Notes under the pieces: model-generated
Database searches by the model: none
Told to the model about the DNA's origin: nothing
What the model saw: the letters and a program-made list of their open reading frames with translations, nothing else
Translations under genes and position numbers: made by a program
Part shown: piece after piece, positions 49,255-63,197 of the stretch
Position numbering within the stretch: the first letter of the stretch is position 1
Layout of the letters: each line of letters starts with the position of its first letter
NCBI RefSeq assembly: GCF_000315625.1
Contig: NW_005434665.1
Coordinates: forward strand, 1,066,796-1,130,795
Reading direction: 5' to 3'
DNA: 64,000 bases
Origin: Guillardia theta CCMP2712
Lineage: Eukaryota > Protista > Cryptophyta

Positions 49255-52200
49255 ATGGAGGAGCTTCAGACCCAACTCGACGCGGCCCAGGTTGAGATCA
49301 AGAACAAGGATGATCAGCTTGCTAAGGCTAAACGGATGATGGTAGCGCTGAACAACAAGTTCAAGGCAAAATTTTCTGCTCAAGAAGCGAAGATGAAAGA
49401 GCTGCAGGAGAACGCTTCTCCTAGCATTCCCGCCGACAACAGTGAGCTTCTAGCGCTTCAACATAAGGCGTCTCAACTCCAGGAGGAGGTGAAGGCTTGC
49501 CATGAAAAGCTTGCGGATGCTACGAAGAGAGAAGAGCTGCTTTCCTCTCAGCTTCAAGAGAAAGAAGCAAGCTCCAAACACAATTCTGATCTTGTGGTCA
49601 AGGAGATTGAAGCCCTCAAGAAGATGAACGTAGAGTTGATAGAGCAGCAAGAGGGGTTGCAATCGGAGCTGGATAGCAAGCAAGAGCGGATCCAGTCGAT
49701 GGAGATTGCAAACCAACAGCTACAAGATCAGATCGTTAAGCTCAGTGAAGCTCTTGCAGAAATTCAATCGAAGTTGCCTGAGAAAGAGAACGAGATCGCT
49801 GAACTTGCCGAGGCTGTTGAGGAGCGAGACAGAATCATTGAGACAGCGAAAGAGAAGTTCATGAGCATGTCTCAGAAAGCTAAGACAGCAATATCGCAAC
49901 GTGATGAGGAGCTGGCTGAGGTCAGGGAGGCTCTTGAAAACATACAAGGGGCACTCGCAGCCAGAGAGGAAGAGATTCAATCCCTGAAAGAGCAGCTGGC
50001 ATCGTTGAGTGCCGAAAAGTCGGAAGAAGACAAACACGAATCTGTGCTGGAAGAGAGGCTCCAAACTCTTGTCGAAGAAACGAGCAGCTGAAAAGCGAGC
50101 TCGAACAGCTGAGGCTAGATCGCGAGAAGGCGATTGCTGTGAATGAGGAACAGGAGAACAATTTGCAGGAGTTGAACACCTTGCTGGCTGAGAAGCAGTC
50201 TTCCCTGCAAGAGGCCCTGGATGAACTTTCGTCTATGAAAGACCTGCACGAATCTGCGCTTGAAAGATTCAAAGCAGAAACCGAACGACAACAACAGCAC
50301 CTGGCGGAGGTGGAAGAGGAGATGAATAGCATCATCGAGAGCAAAGATGCGATGATCTTGGCGCTCGAGGGGAGGATTGGCGAGCTGCAGCAAGAGAAGG
50401 ATGACTTGTCGACGGCAGCTGCCGAAGCTCAAGGGCAGAGTGGAGATATCGAGGAGCTGCAGCTGAAAGTGGAGCAGCTGAGGTCAGACCTTGCGTCGTC
50501 CCTCGAGCAAATCGAGTTGCTCGAGAAGGAGAATGAAGAGACGAAAGCTGCAATGGAAGTTCTGAACGATCGCGTCAGTGAGCTTCAAGAAGAATCACGT
50601 GAAAAAGATGTCCAGATCGAATCCGAGAGAGAAGAGAAGTCCCATCTCCACCAACAACTGGAGCAACACCAGTCTGTTGCGCAAGAGCACATGCAGGAGG
50701 CTGAACGCCTCAAGAATGGTGTGCACAGTGTGTTCGTTTGCTCGCACTGACACAGCATCTTGTGCAGAGCTTGAGGCGGTGCGACAGACTTGCGATGAAT
50801 TGAAGGAGCAGTTGCTACACAGCCAGACCTCTCAAACCGTATGATGCCGCATTCCATGCTTGCAGGCAGCTGACGTGCTTCCTTGCAGGCTGAGAGCAGG
50901 AGTGACGAAAAGGAGGAGAAGGACCAGAAGGAGGAGGAGAGCAAGAAAGCGGACATGGAGAAGATTGAGAAGATGGTGGGGAGGAAGGACATGGGCCACG
51001 AGGAGGAGGATGGATGGGGCGAAGATGGCTGGGGAGACGAAGAAGACTCATCAGGTGAAATGGGATCAAATTTGATTGAAAGCACCGAAGGAGACTTGAG
51101 GGCCTCACAAGAGACTGTCATGGTGTCCTCAGGCTCCTCCGACGCGCAATTCTCCAAGACGACGGAGGGAGGACGGGAAGCTGCTGGGATCGAGGAGCTG
51201 CGGGAGCAGCTGCTGCATACCCAGCTCGAAGCGCAGAAGGCCAAGGAGTCATTTGAGGTTGCTGCTGCTGTGCTGTAAACGCCTCGTTGCTGATGAGAGG
51301 ACCGCAGGTGAATTGGGAAGCTCTCTGCAACGCTCAGAGTATGGTCAAAGCGTTGGAGAGGGAGAAAGAAGAACTCCTGGAGGCTGTTAGAGGAAAGGCT
51401 TGGGAGGAGGAGGAGATTGCAAGGATGGAGGAAGAGCTGAGAGCGCTCCGAGACTGTCTGGGGGAGAAGGAGAGTGTCATTGCGCAGCTGAGGTCAGAGC
51501 TGGAGGCTGCTGGAGGTTGTCCCGATGAGCAGGAGAGCAGCAAGGCAGAGGATGCTCATCAGGAATGCCTCGAGCAGATGGAGGAGCTGAAGGAGAATCT
51601 GAGCAGCAGGGAAAGAGAAGTGGAAGAAGCTAGGAAGCAGGTTGAGGATCTCAGGGAGCAGTTGGCGAGGCAGGAAGAGGAGCGGTTGCAGTTGCTGGAG
51701 AATCTGGAGGCGAAGGAGCAGATGTTGAGCGAAGCGAGCGCGAAGGACGAGGAGGAGAAGGACAGTGTGGATGAGATAGACAAGATGAAAGAGGTACAAG
51801 CTGATCTCGAGGACATCCTCGCTAGGAGGGAGGAACGCATCCGACAGCTGGAGGCTGAGCTGGAAAGGATGAAGGAGCAGGCAAGGGAAGCTGAAGCCGA
51901 GATGGAGAAGCTCTCGGCCTTGCAGGTGGAGTGTGAGGAATGGAAGCAGCAGGTTGCAAGAAGCGAAGAAGAGGTGGGAGCACTCAGGGGGGAGGTCAAC
52001 CGGCTGCAGGAAGCGCTACAAGCCTCGCAAGGACCTTCTCGTGAGGAAGAGGAGGAGGAAGGAGGAAGGATGGAGAGGCATGACGAGCCTGCTGAGTCCA
52101 TCGCAAGCTACCAGCTCGCGATCCAAGAGCTGGACGTTCACTGCAAGGAGTACCAGAGGAAGCTGATGGAGGCTGAAGAAAGCCTCGCGCGCATGAGGAA

Positions 52201-54174
52201 TGAAGCTCAGGGGAGCCAAGAGTTGAGGACGCGGCTCGAGGAGGAAGAGGAGAAGCTGAAGGAGCAGAACAAGGTCATGGCGGAGCTGGAGGAGAAGGTG
52301 ATGGAGCTGGAGGGAGCGAGAGATGAGCTTCAGGCAGCGAACGACCAGATCGAGGAGGACAAGCAGCAGATGGCAAGCAAGTTATCCACGTGCGAGGAGA
52401 GGATTTCAGAGCTTGAAGCCGAGCTGCACTGCAGGGAGGAGACAACCCAGGTCAAGGAGGCGCAGCTGAAGTCGAAGCTGGAGGAAAGCAGGGAGAAGAT
52501 CAACAATCTCACCAGCGAGCTGCAGTCGATGAAGGAGGAGCTCGAGCAGGGATCAACGGGCCAGCAACAGCAGCAGCAGGAGGAGGCAGAACACCTTGCT
52601 GCTCAGCTGTTGAGCTGTGAGCAGCTAGCGGAGCTGTGCGATGGGGCGCTGGAGCGGGTCTGTTGTGCCGTGAGCGAGATGAAGGACCAGGTCTCTACCA
52701 AGATGCAGAAGATGCAGGGCGAGATAGACCAACTGTGTGCACAGGACGAGGAGCATGGAAAGGTTGTACAGGAGAAGGAGGGCTTGATCGCCGAGCTGAG
52801 GGCAGAGGTTGTGAAGCTGCAGGAGGAGGATACTTCGCAGCAGCTCCGGGCTGAGCTGGAAGGGGTCAAGGCTGAGCTGCTGGAGAAGAAGCAGCAGCTG
52901 GCGAAGTCAGAGGAGGAGGAGGCAGAGAGGATCAGGGGCACCGATGAGGTTATGCAAGAGTTGCAGTCGCGGGAGAAGGAGCTCACGGTCAAGTGCGAGG
53001 AGCTGGCAGTGAAGTACGAGGAGGCGCAAGCGCTGTCCGCCAAGTTGTCTGCTGAAGTCGAGGAGATGACGGAGAGACTGGCGATGGCGGAGGAGCAGGG
53101 AGGGAGCAACGAGCAGCTGCAGGCGGACATCGAAGAGTGTCGCAGAAATATCAAACAGCTGCAGGAGGAGCTGGACGCTGCGAGAGGTTCTCAGCAAGAG
53201 GCCGTCAGTAAGGTGTTGAAGTTCCTGCTCCAGCCCCTGCCCCTGCCCCTGCCCCTGCCCCTGCCCCTGCCCCTCCTCCTGCTCCTTCTTCTGCTGCTGG
53301 TCCTGCTACTCTCGCTCCTGCTCCTTTTTCCAGTCTCTGGGTTGTTTTCCAGAAACTCACTTGATCATACTTTAGCTTGAGGCGTTGTCTAACGACAAGT
53401 CTGCTTTGGAGGCGAAACTTCAAAAGTAAGATGATGATGATGATGATGATGGAGATGATGATGATGGAGATGATGATGATGATGGAGATGATGATGGAGA
53501 TGATGATGATGATGGAGATGATGATGATGATGATGATGGAGATGATGATGATGGAGATGATGATGATGATGGAGATGATGATGATGATGGAGATGATGAT
53601 GATGGAGATGATGATGGAGATGATGATGATGATGATGAGGTGGTGGTGGTGGTGTGATGGAGATGATGATGGAGATATCGGTATTGGCACTCATCGTTTG
53701 CTCCATGGGCAGGTACGAGGATCAGCTCATTAAGCAGGGAGAGAGACTAGCAAGCCTGCAGCTTGTGGAGGAGGAGCTGCAGGAGGCACGAAGAGGCGGA
53801 GGATCCGAATCAGGAGAGCGAGTGAAGGAGGTAAGGCGACGAGGAGCAAGGGAGGGGAGGGACGCGGGGAGGGGAGGAGGAAGGAGGGATGCGTTGGTGT
53901 CTGAACCTTGTCCTAGCTGGAAGATCAGCTGGCAAGTGAGCGGAGCGCGAAGATGCGAGCGCAGGAGGAGAAGCAAGCTGTGATGGAGACACTTCAGAAT
54001 TTCACTGAGAACCTGAGGAACAAGGAAGAAATCATCCAGGAGCTGAAGAAGGGATGGAGCAGATGGGCAGGGAGAGCTCGGCTGCTCCTGCTGGCGGCGC
54101 TGGAGAGGGCGATGATGAACGGGTGGCGGAGTTGGAGGCCAAGCTGAAGAAGGTTGGCAGAGAGGAGGAGCGTG

Positions 54175-54209
<35 letters not shown>

Positions 54210-55555
54210 AGCAGGAGGAGCAGGAGGAGCAGGAGGAGCAGTGATCAATCTTGGCAGGTAATGCAGGATGCAAAGAAGGTTGTAGAGAAATACAAGGTGA
54301 TTGGCATGCATCCGTCTAAAGACAATAATGAACATGGAGATTATGACAATGCCGATGAAACTGTTGTTGATGATGGTGGTGGTGGCGATCTTTGTGGTGG
54401 TGACTGTGATGGTGATCGTGAAGGTAGTGGTGGTTGTGGTGGTGATAGAGATGACGTTGATAGAGATGATGAAAGTGATGGTACCAGTAGTGATCTTCGA
54501 GCTGATGACGACGAACGAACAGGCTCAAGAAGAAGACTTGAAGAGGCGGAAGGATGAGCTAGAGGAGGCCAACATGGCTCTACAGCAAGTGAGTGCAAGT
54601 TGTTCATACCGCCATGAAGCTGATCGCGAAACAGGAGCTAGACAAGATGAAGGGAGGAGGAGCAGGAGGAGAAGGAGCAGGAGGGGGATCTCAAAGAGAG
54701 GTGGTTGCGAACTCGATCATCTCATCTTCTGCTCCTTCACGTCCTCTCACGTGCATGTTTGTTTGACTGCAGGACTTGGAGCTGATGATTGCGACTCTGA
54801 AGCAGCAAGTGGCGATGAAGGACGAAGAGCTCGAGGGATCGCGGGGAAAACTCACTCAGTTCAAGAAAGTGGCAGAAGAGAAGATAAAGCTTGACAGAGA
54901 AAAATACTTGTCTCACCTGCAAAGTTTGAAGGATGGAACTGCTGATTCAGGTGGAATTATTTCTTGTCGCCTCAGTTCCTGCTACTGCTCCCACTGCTGC
55001 TCCTTCTGCTCTTGCTTCTTCCCTCACTGCTTCTTCCCTCACTGCTTCTCTTCCCTCACTGCTTCCCTCACTGCTTCTCTTCTTGCTCTGAATTCAATGC
55101 AGCCGAGCCTGTGGAAGGAAGTAAGCTCGAAGAAGAAGAGCATAGAGAAAGAGTGAGTTTGGTTGATGATGATAGTGATGGAGATGATGGAGATGGTGGT
55201 GGTGGTGGTGGTGGTGGTGGTGGTGGTGGTGGTGGTGGTAGTGGTGGTGGTGGTGGTGGTGGTGGTGGTGGTAGCGGTGGTGGTGGTGGTGGTGGTGGTG
55301 GTAGTGGTGGTGGTGGTGGTGGTAGCGGTGGTGGTGGTGGTGGTGGTGGTGGTGGTGGTGGTGGTGGTGATGATGATGATGATGATGATGATAAGGATGG
55401 TGGTGGTGATGATGATGACATTCGCTATTCTCCAATTGCTGTGTGTGGGTGTGCCCTGACGATTGGGATAGGGAGCTGACGAAGACTTCGAGACGCCGGA
55501 AGTTCTCAACAATGTCGCCAGGGGTGTCGGGTCTTTCATCAAGGGACTGTGGTGA
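49255..55555 (+). CDS. Very long acidic coiled-coil protein (golgin-like) with an apparent 1-bp frameshift near 50080
   Basis: Collinear E/K/Q/L-rich heptad ORFs (278, 203 and 697 aa plus small exons). Ends ARGVGSFIKGLW*. Confidence 0.75.
53429..53675. repeat. Intronic (GAT)n/(GAG)-interrupted microsatellite
   Basis: Directly visible; it produces the spurious poly-M/H/I ORFs. Confidence 0.95.
55164..55419. repeat. Intronic (GGT)n/(GAT)n microsatellite
   Basis: Directly visible after the GTGAGT donor at ~55152. Confidence 0.95.
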
Positions 55556-56079
55556 TCAGATAGCAGAGATATGACGAGAAGGAACAAGTGTCGAAGTTGT
55601 GATGATGATGATGATGATGATGATGATGACGACGACGATGATTGTGATGATGTCGAAGGATTGCCAGGCTTATCAATCCTTCAGACGAAGGACCATCCCT
55701 TTGACTTGTCTTGATGTTCTCAACTCGAGTCTGTCTTGTTGTCATGTCATACCCAATACAAGAGACAAGTGAGCTTTCAGACACAACTGCCTGTTCAACA
55801 TGGTGCACCACCGACAGTTTAAAGCATTTCATTGCGATGACAAAAAGCAATCTTGGATCATTTTTTTCTCATCTCCTCATCCACGGGCGTCTCTCATCTT
55901 TCAAAATCCCAAAACGTCTTGAGAGGTTCTCTGGCAGGAGCTGCCGATAACTTTCCTCCTCCTCGTCCTCCTCCTCCCTTCCTCCTCCACGCCTCACTGT
56001 CACTTCCCTTCCTGTTCCCTTTCCTCCAAACTCCTCCCCCCACGTTCCTCCCCCCGTCCTCGTCCTCATCCAATTCCTC

Positions 56080-57121
<1,042 letters not shown>

Positions 57122-58473
57122 CTATGACTCCAAATGTATGCTAATCAAGTGAATAATGGGCATGCAACAAAGTTGAGTTGAGTCGAAACTCTCAAAAGAT
57201 CTGCTACTTCACAAACCAACCACGTCACGACATTGACTCAGGATAAGGTATCTTTGTCGGTTGATTGTTCCTTCCCCAACAAGACATTCTTCAAGCCTAT
57301 TCTGTTGCTCAATGCTCTCATCTCCATGAATCTGCATTGGGCATTCCTCTTGTATCGTTCAGCCCTCTCCCGAACCGTATCTGTTCGGTTCTGAAAGCAA
57401 TTTGACACCTGTACCTCGCCTTCAATTTCTTCTTTCAGCTTCTCCTCCTCTCCCCTCTCGAGGCTCTGTTCTACCCTCAAGGTCTCCTAGAGAGTGACTA
57501 TCCGCATTCTGACATGTGCTTGATCTGTTTGACCGCGTTTCTCCCCTCCAATCTTCTTTCACCCGTTCCTCCCCTATTTCTCTCCTGCCCCTCTCTTACC
57601 TTCTGACCTCCTCGCTTGACTTCTCTTCATATCCTCCGTCCTCTCCCCCTCCCCTCTCTTGCCTCTCCTCTCCTCTCCTCTCCTCTCCTCTCCTCTCCTC
57701 CTCCTGCCCTCCTGCAACCAACCACTCGCCGCCATGGCTTTCTTCAAAACTGAAGGTCTGTGAATGGTTTGGAATGGTATATCGTGAGGGGTGGGGTACC
57801 AAATTGTATCAAGGGGTGGGGGGACGCTTTCTGTTATGTACCCACTCTTTCGACTGTAAAATTACTCGAAAGTAGGGGTGAATGTTTCAAAGAGGCCGGG
57901 AGTTCAGGGGTAGTCGGTACCAGGGGTTTGAACAAAATGCTCGTTTTGAGGGGTAGGGGTGGAATTAGACAGGGTGTGTGGGATTTGGGGTGGGGGTGGA
58001 GGATTCGGGGGTGACTGGACGGGAATGAGATCGCCCGATGCTGATTGGAATGAGGAGGAGGAGGAGGAGGAGGAGGAGGAGGAGGAGGAGGAGGAGGAGG
58101 AGGAGCGAGCAGCAGCAGCGAGGAGGAGCGAGGAGGAGGAGGAGGAGGAGGAGCAGGAGGAGGAGGAGAGTGGTGAAGAAGGTGTGGTGATGTCAAGAGT
58201 CCAAAGTGTGGAGGGGGATGCAAGGAGAGTAGGGCATCAGGTACATGCGTTGAGTCGTTGACAACCGAGAAAAATCAGATGTCAGGATCGAAGAGAGGGA
58301 CAACGAGAAAGATATGAGGAGGAGGGAGGGACAGGAGGAGGAGGAGGAGGAGGAGGATTTTGGGGAGGGAGGGGTTAGGAGGGAGGGGGTTGGGAGGGTT
58401 GGAAGTGATCGTGCTCGTGATCTGATCGCTCTGATGCAATCCTCAAAGGTTCCTCCTACTCTCGTTCATCGCC

Positions 58474-61087
58474 ATGTCTCGGTAGAGTTCCAGCATGCAC
58501 CTGCACGCATGACAAGCACTGCAGCTTCGGCATGCCGATCTTGGTGCTGAATCTCGGAGGAGAGATGATGTACATCTTAGAGCAGCGGTTGGTCGCACAG
58601 AAGATTGCAAACGAAAAGGCGAAGAAGGTCCGGAACAGCTTCGTATGTTGATGAACATGATGATTTGCTGTGCAGGTGATAGGAGATATTCTGCGTGAGT
58701 GATGAGAAAACATGTGTGGCATGTGAAGTTACCGAACATCTCAGGAACAATGTTCAACCCCAAGTTCATTGCAGAGCTGTATTGCTGAAATCCCAATAAT
58801 TCCTTTTCTCATTTCACTTTCTAGCTTCAAACCGCAAGAGTTGTATAGCAACACGTCGACGAGGCAGATCTTCGAACGTTGCAGATGTCGCTGTAGCGCG
58901 TGTAATGTGTTGAAACTGTTGCAGGCATCGCCCATTCCTCCATCATGAAACTTTCGGAATCTTCGATGGACAAGCTGTTCGATCTGATGGTGAGGTGTTA
59001 CATCTGGTTAAGATCGAAGAACCAATCAGCTTGTTCTCTTTCATCGCAGACGACAGGATTCAAGTATCAAATCATCTCCTGTTCAACACCTTCACAACTC
59101 GTGGATGTACTGTCTTCAAGTTGCATTCCTGCCTCGGTGATTTCTTTATGGTTGTTTTCCACAGATCACCCTCAACCACCTGGACAATATAAGAAGTGAC
59201 CTTATATCTCTCTCGTCCATGTTATTCATATGAGACTGCAGACATGGTGAAAGAGGACCAATCGCTACAAAGACTTCTCCAGCAAACAGTGGTCCTGATA
59301 GAAACGTTGGTCAAACAACCTTAACATGCTTGTCTTGTGAGCATGCGTCTGCAGCACCATCGCTAGCCTCAGCCTGAGCTCTCTCGCTCTCCTCCGACAG
59401 ACCCTCCTTACAAACGTTCAGGTCAGTTGCCAACTGACATGTGACAACGCGATTCTCATGCGATGTGAAGGACCGCAAGGTCAAAGTTTCTCCTTTCTTG
59501 ATCGAAGGTACCACTCAAGACTCTTCCCTGCCCTGCCCTGCCCTGCCCTGCCCTTCCCTGCCCTGCCCTTCCCTTCCCTGCCCTGCCCTGCCCTTCCCTG
59601 CCCTGCCCTGCCCTGCCCTCGCCCTGCCCTGCCCTGCCCTGCCCTGCCCTGCCCTGCCCTTCCCTGCCCTGCCCTTCCCTTCCCTTCCCTTACTTTTCCC
59701 CCTCCCCTCCTACCTTTGTCTTGTTCTCCCCCTTTCCTCCCTCCCTTCGCTTTGTTTCCTCTCACCTTCAGTCAGGAATTCAAAATGCAGACGGCACGAT
59801 GGTCATACAGCCAGGAGGAGTTCTCCCTCCACTTTTCCAAGTGCGCTCGAATTGTCTCTCCTCCTCTCCTCCTCTCCTCTTCCTGTCTTGTTTCTCCCTT
59901 CCTTTCTTTTCTCAATCCTCCCCTCTTTCTCCCCTTTCCCTCACCTCCTCCTCTCCTCCTCCTATCTTCCTCTCCTCCTCCCTCACCCTGTTTCTGCCGC
60001 TGCAGATGCCAGGACAGATCAGATTTTTCTCCAAAGAAGAAGGGGAGACATTCTTGGAGTATCCACTCCCGTGAGTGGTTTTGTTGTTGGAAGACGTTGG
60101 ATGATTGTCTCGCCAGTCTCACTGAACAATGTCAGTCGGTCGGCGATGAGTATAGGACGGTATTTGAAACATCTTGTTCCTTGATGCTTGTTGTGCTCCT
60201 CCTCCTCCTCCTCCTCCTCCTCCTCCTCCTCCTCCTCCTGCTTCTGCTCCTCTTTCCCTTCGTCGTCCTCCCCTCCTCCTCCACCTGCTCCTGCTCCTGC
60301 TCCTACAGCACTCTGTCCTTCTTCTGACATCTTCTCTAGCATCTTGGCTTCAACCTGTACCTCAGCAGCTCATCCAAGAGCAAATCACGTAGACGTCTTG
60401 TCCTCCGTCGCCATCGCTCATGTGTTGCATGCAGGATCGTTGGAGGATCAGGTAGAGACGGCCCCCTCGTCCTCGCTGACTCCTTCCAAGGTATTTTGAC
60501 GGCATTCCCACTGTCATGGTGCTAATCCTTGTTTGCTCAGAATCGCAAGCAGACAACGGCTGGTCGATCATCTTCATCCTCTTCCTTCACCTCTTCTTCT
60601 TCCTCTGCCTCCCTGACTCTCGTCCCCCTCCTCCTCCTCCTCTCTCTTCCCCTCTCCCTTTCTCGTCCCCCTCCTCCTACAAGAGAGAACTTACTCCTGT
60701 TGACAACTCACAGGAGCTGAGCTTCAACTACTTTCTTCGCTCATTCACGTGCCAAAGACTTCAGAGGTCTCCTTCTCCTGCTTCTCCCCTCCTCTCCCTT
60801 GTCGTTGTCTCGCTCTCGTAAGCTTGCAGCCAGGAGGAGGAGTTCAAGCTCAACATCTTCGACGACAACAGAAACGTCGATGCAGGACCAGGGAAGGAAG
60901 TGGAGACTGTGGTCTTCCGTTCGACTGCAGGTAGGGGGAGGATGGAGGAGGGAGAGTTTGAAATCTCTTGACAGCTCGAAATGTCGCGCTGAGCGACGTT
61001 GCCAAAGAATTTGAAGGGAGTCACGCGAAGGACAAGGAGGAGAACGAAGAAGACGATCTTCTCTCCCTCATGGACAGCGCCAATTAG
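58474..61087 (+). CDS. OSCP1: OSCP1 (organic solute carrier partner 1) family protein
   Basis: MPILVLNLGGEMMYILEQRL, FKPQELYS, AHSSIMKLSESSMDKLFDLM|TTGFKYQ, DRKVKVSPFL, and C-terminal DDLLSLMDSAN*. Confidence 0.92.
59527..59690. repeat. Intronic (CCCTG/CCCTT)n pentanucleotide repeat
   Basis: Directly visible within an OSCP1 intron. Confidence 0.95.
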
Positions 61088-61236
61088 CCTCCTCCACTAC
61101 CCTCCTCTCCTCTCTTCCCTCCTCTCTTCTTCCCTCCATCTCTTGTCTCCTCCCTTCGTCCCCTTTCCGTATCAGCCCTGACTATTTCTTCCATCCCATT
61201 CAGCAAGACTTTATGCTACACCACAAGGGACCAGCT

Positions 61237-62917
61237 CTACTTCTTTGCATGCAGTGCCTTCCTCTCCCTCAGCAGCGCGAGTTTCGTCGAGATCTCCGCC
61301 ATGTTGTGCCCCTCCGTCACTTGCACGTTCACATTCTCCCTCACGCTCAGCTCCCTTCCCGCCGCCTTCCTCCCCTCTCCTCCCTCCCTCCCTTGCACCT
61401 TCGCCTTGCGGTCTAGCCGGGCAACCATAGTTCCCTCCCCGGCCTTGAACCTGTCGGATGAAGAGCAGACTGCCTCCCACTCCTCATGGTTCTTCCCAAT
61501 CGCCTCCACCTCTGCCAGCAGCTCCCGCAGCTCCAGCAGCTCCTCCGATGCCACGTGCTCGATGCAGATGGATGACGACTTGAGCCCTTCCAGCTTATCT
61601 CCAGCTGTGCCCTTCCAGTCAGCAGAGAGGCCAAGACAGGGTCATCCCTCACCTTGCTGCACAAGTGCTGGATCCGCTCCTTCTTCCCCGCCACATCCTC
61701 TAGCCTCTTGTCGTCCTTGGTCCTTGTTGAGAAGGTGATGGAGCAGAACTTCATGGTCAGCAGCAGCACAGCCTCGCTCTCCTCGTAGCTATCCATGGCC
61801 ACGTGCGTCACCGTCGCGCACAGCCATCGGCCGCTGAGCGCCTTGCTCAGCACCCTCGTCATCTTGGAGTCTCTCAGCGGGATGTGCGACGAGTTCATCT
61901 CCAAGCTGCAACAGCATCGTGACTCGTTCGCTCTAGACACTCTCCTCCTCTCCCCCTCAGCACCTGCTCATGATGCGAAGGAAGGCTTTCAACACGATAT
62001 CTTCACCCAAGGGTCCACTCTTCTCTCCTCCCCGCGCTATCTGCGCCCCTCCCTTCTTCTCCCTTGCGTATCCCGCAAGATCCACGACCTGCAGCTCTGC
62101 TGTGTCCACCATCCCGCTGCCATCCCTTCTCCGAACCTTGAAGGAGAACAGGCAGTGCACCTTCAGCGGCGCCCCATTGCCACCAGCAGTCCTCCTTTCA
62201 TCCTCAGCGTTGCAGTTGTGCAGAGCGCTGTCTATAAACTTCTCCAGCTCCTCCTCGCTGTTGATCACGACCTCGTTAAGGCCCTCCACGAAGAATCCCT
62301 TGCTCGGGTGCTCGCGCACATGGAGACCTCCTCGATAGTCCCCCACGTCACCAGCCGGAAGCAAGCCATCCAGCAGGACTTCGTGCGTGATCTGCCTCCC
62401 CGTCATGTTCGACTGGACTGGAGCTGTAATAGCTGACATCAGGACAGACAAGGAGAGCATGCTGTTGGTATCTCCTCTCAGACCTTTGAAGATGTCCCTT
62501 CCGAAGCTCCGCACCAACCCATCCACCCCCCTCGTCGTGTAAGACTTTCCTGTTCCTCCTGCTCCAAACGCGATGACGGAGCTGCTTCTTCCTCGAAGGA
62601 TATGATCCACGAGGTCCTGGAGGTGGTTCTTGTAGAGCTCAGGCGTGCTCTCTGTCTCACTGACGACCCGCTCGAAGGGATAGTTCTTGCGGAGGTTCGA
62701 CTTGGGTCTTTGGAGTATGAATTCGTTCTTCTCCAACTGGATCAATCGTTCTTTGGTCGTTGGCTTACAACGGACAATCACTCTGATCACAACATGAAAG
62801 AGTCAGCACGACTGAATTTACATCAGGACCCACAAACAAATTCAATTGCAGGTCACCAATCTCCTTCTCCTTTTCTCCTCTGGCCTTCTGCCCTCTCATC
62901 CTCCTCTGAGTTGCCAT
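61237..62917 (-). CDS. Divergent kinesin motor-domain protein with short coiled-coil tail
   Basis: VIVRCKP, YPFERV, P-loop GAGGTGKSYT, LHVREHP..GFFVEGL, VVDLAG and HIPLRDSKMTRVL. First exon is inferred. Confidence 0.85.
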
Positions 62918-62974
62918 GATCACCTCATCCTTCCCCCCCTCATTATCGTTCCGTCTCCTCCCTCCTTCCTCCTC

Positions 62975-63074
62975 NNNNNNNNNNNNNNNNNNNNNNNNNN
63001 NNNNNNNNNNNNNNNNNNNNNNNNNNNNNNNNNNNNNNNNNNNNNNNNNNNNNNNNNNNNNNNNNNNNNNNNNN
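62975..63074. other. Assembly gap (100 N)
   Basis: Run of N. Confidence 0.99.
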
Positions 63075-63197
63075 CGGCCATCCCATCAACCGCCAAGTTC
63101 GAAATTGTGCCCACATCCCAACCTTTACCCTCGTCCCCACCTCGTCCCGACTTCCACCAAGCTTCATCGCCCTCATTCACCTCGCACTCTCCGCGCC

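Noticed and set aside
53205-53733. Poly-Met/His/Ile ORFs
   Set aside because: They are translations of an intronic (GAT)n microsatellite in several frames.
54964-55587. Poly-Gly/Pro/Thr/His/Val ORFs
   Set aside because: They arise from an intronic (GGT)n repeat flanked by splice sites.
57238-57480. 80-aa charged minus-strand ORF upstream of UBC4
   Set aside because: No ATG start or motif; cannot be told apart from UTR or intergenic sequence.
59441-60327. Long Pro/Cys/Leu-rich ORFs
   Set aside because: They read through (CCCTG)n and CT-rich introns of OSCP1.
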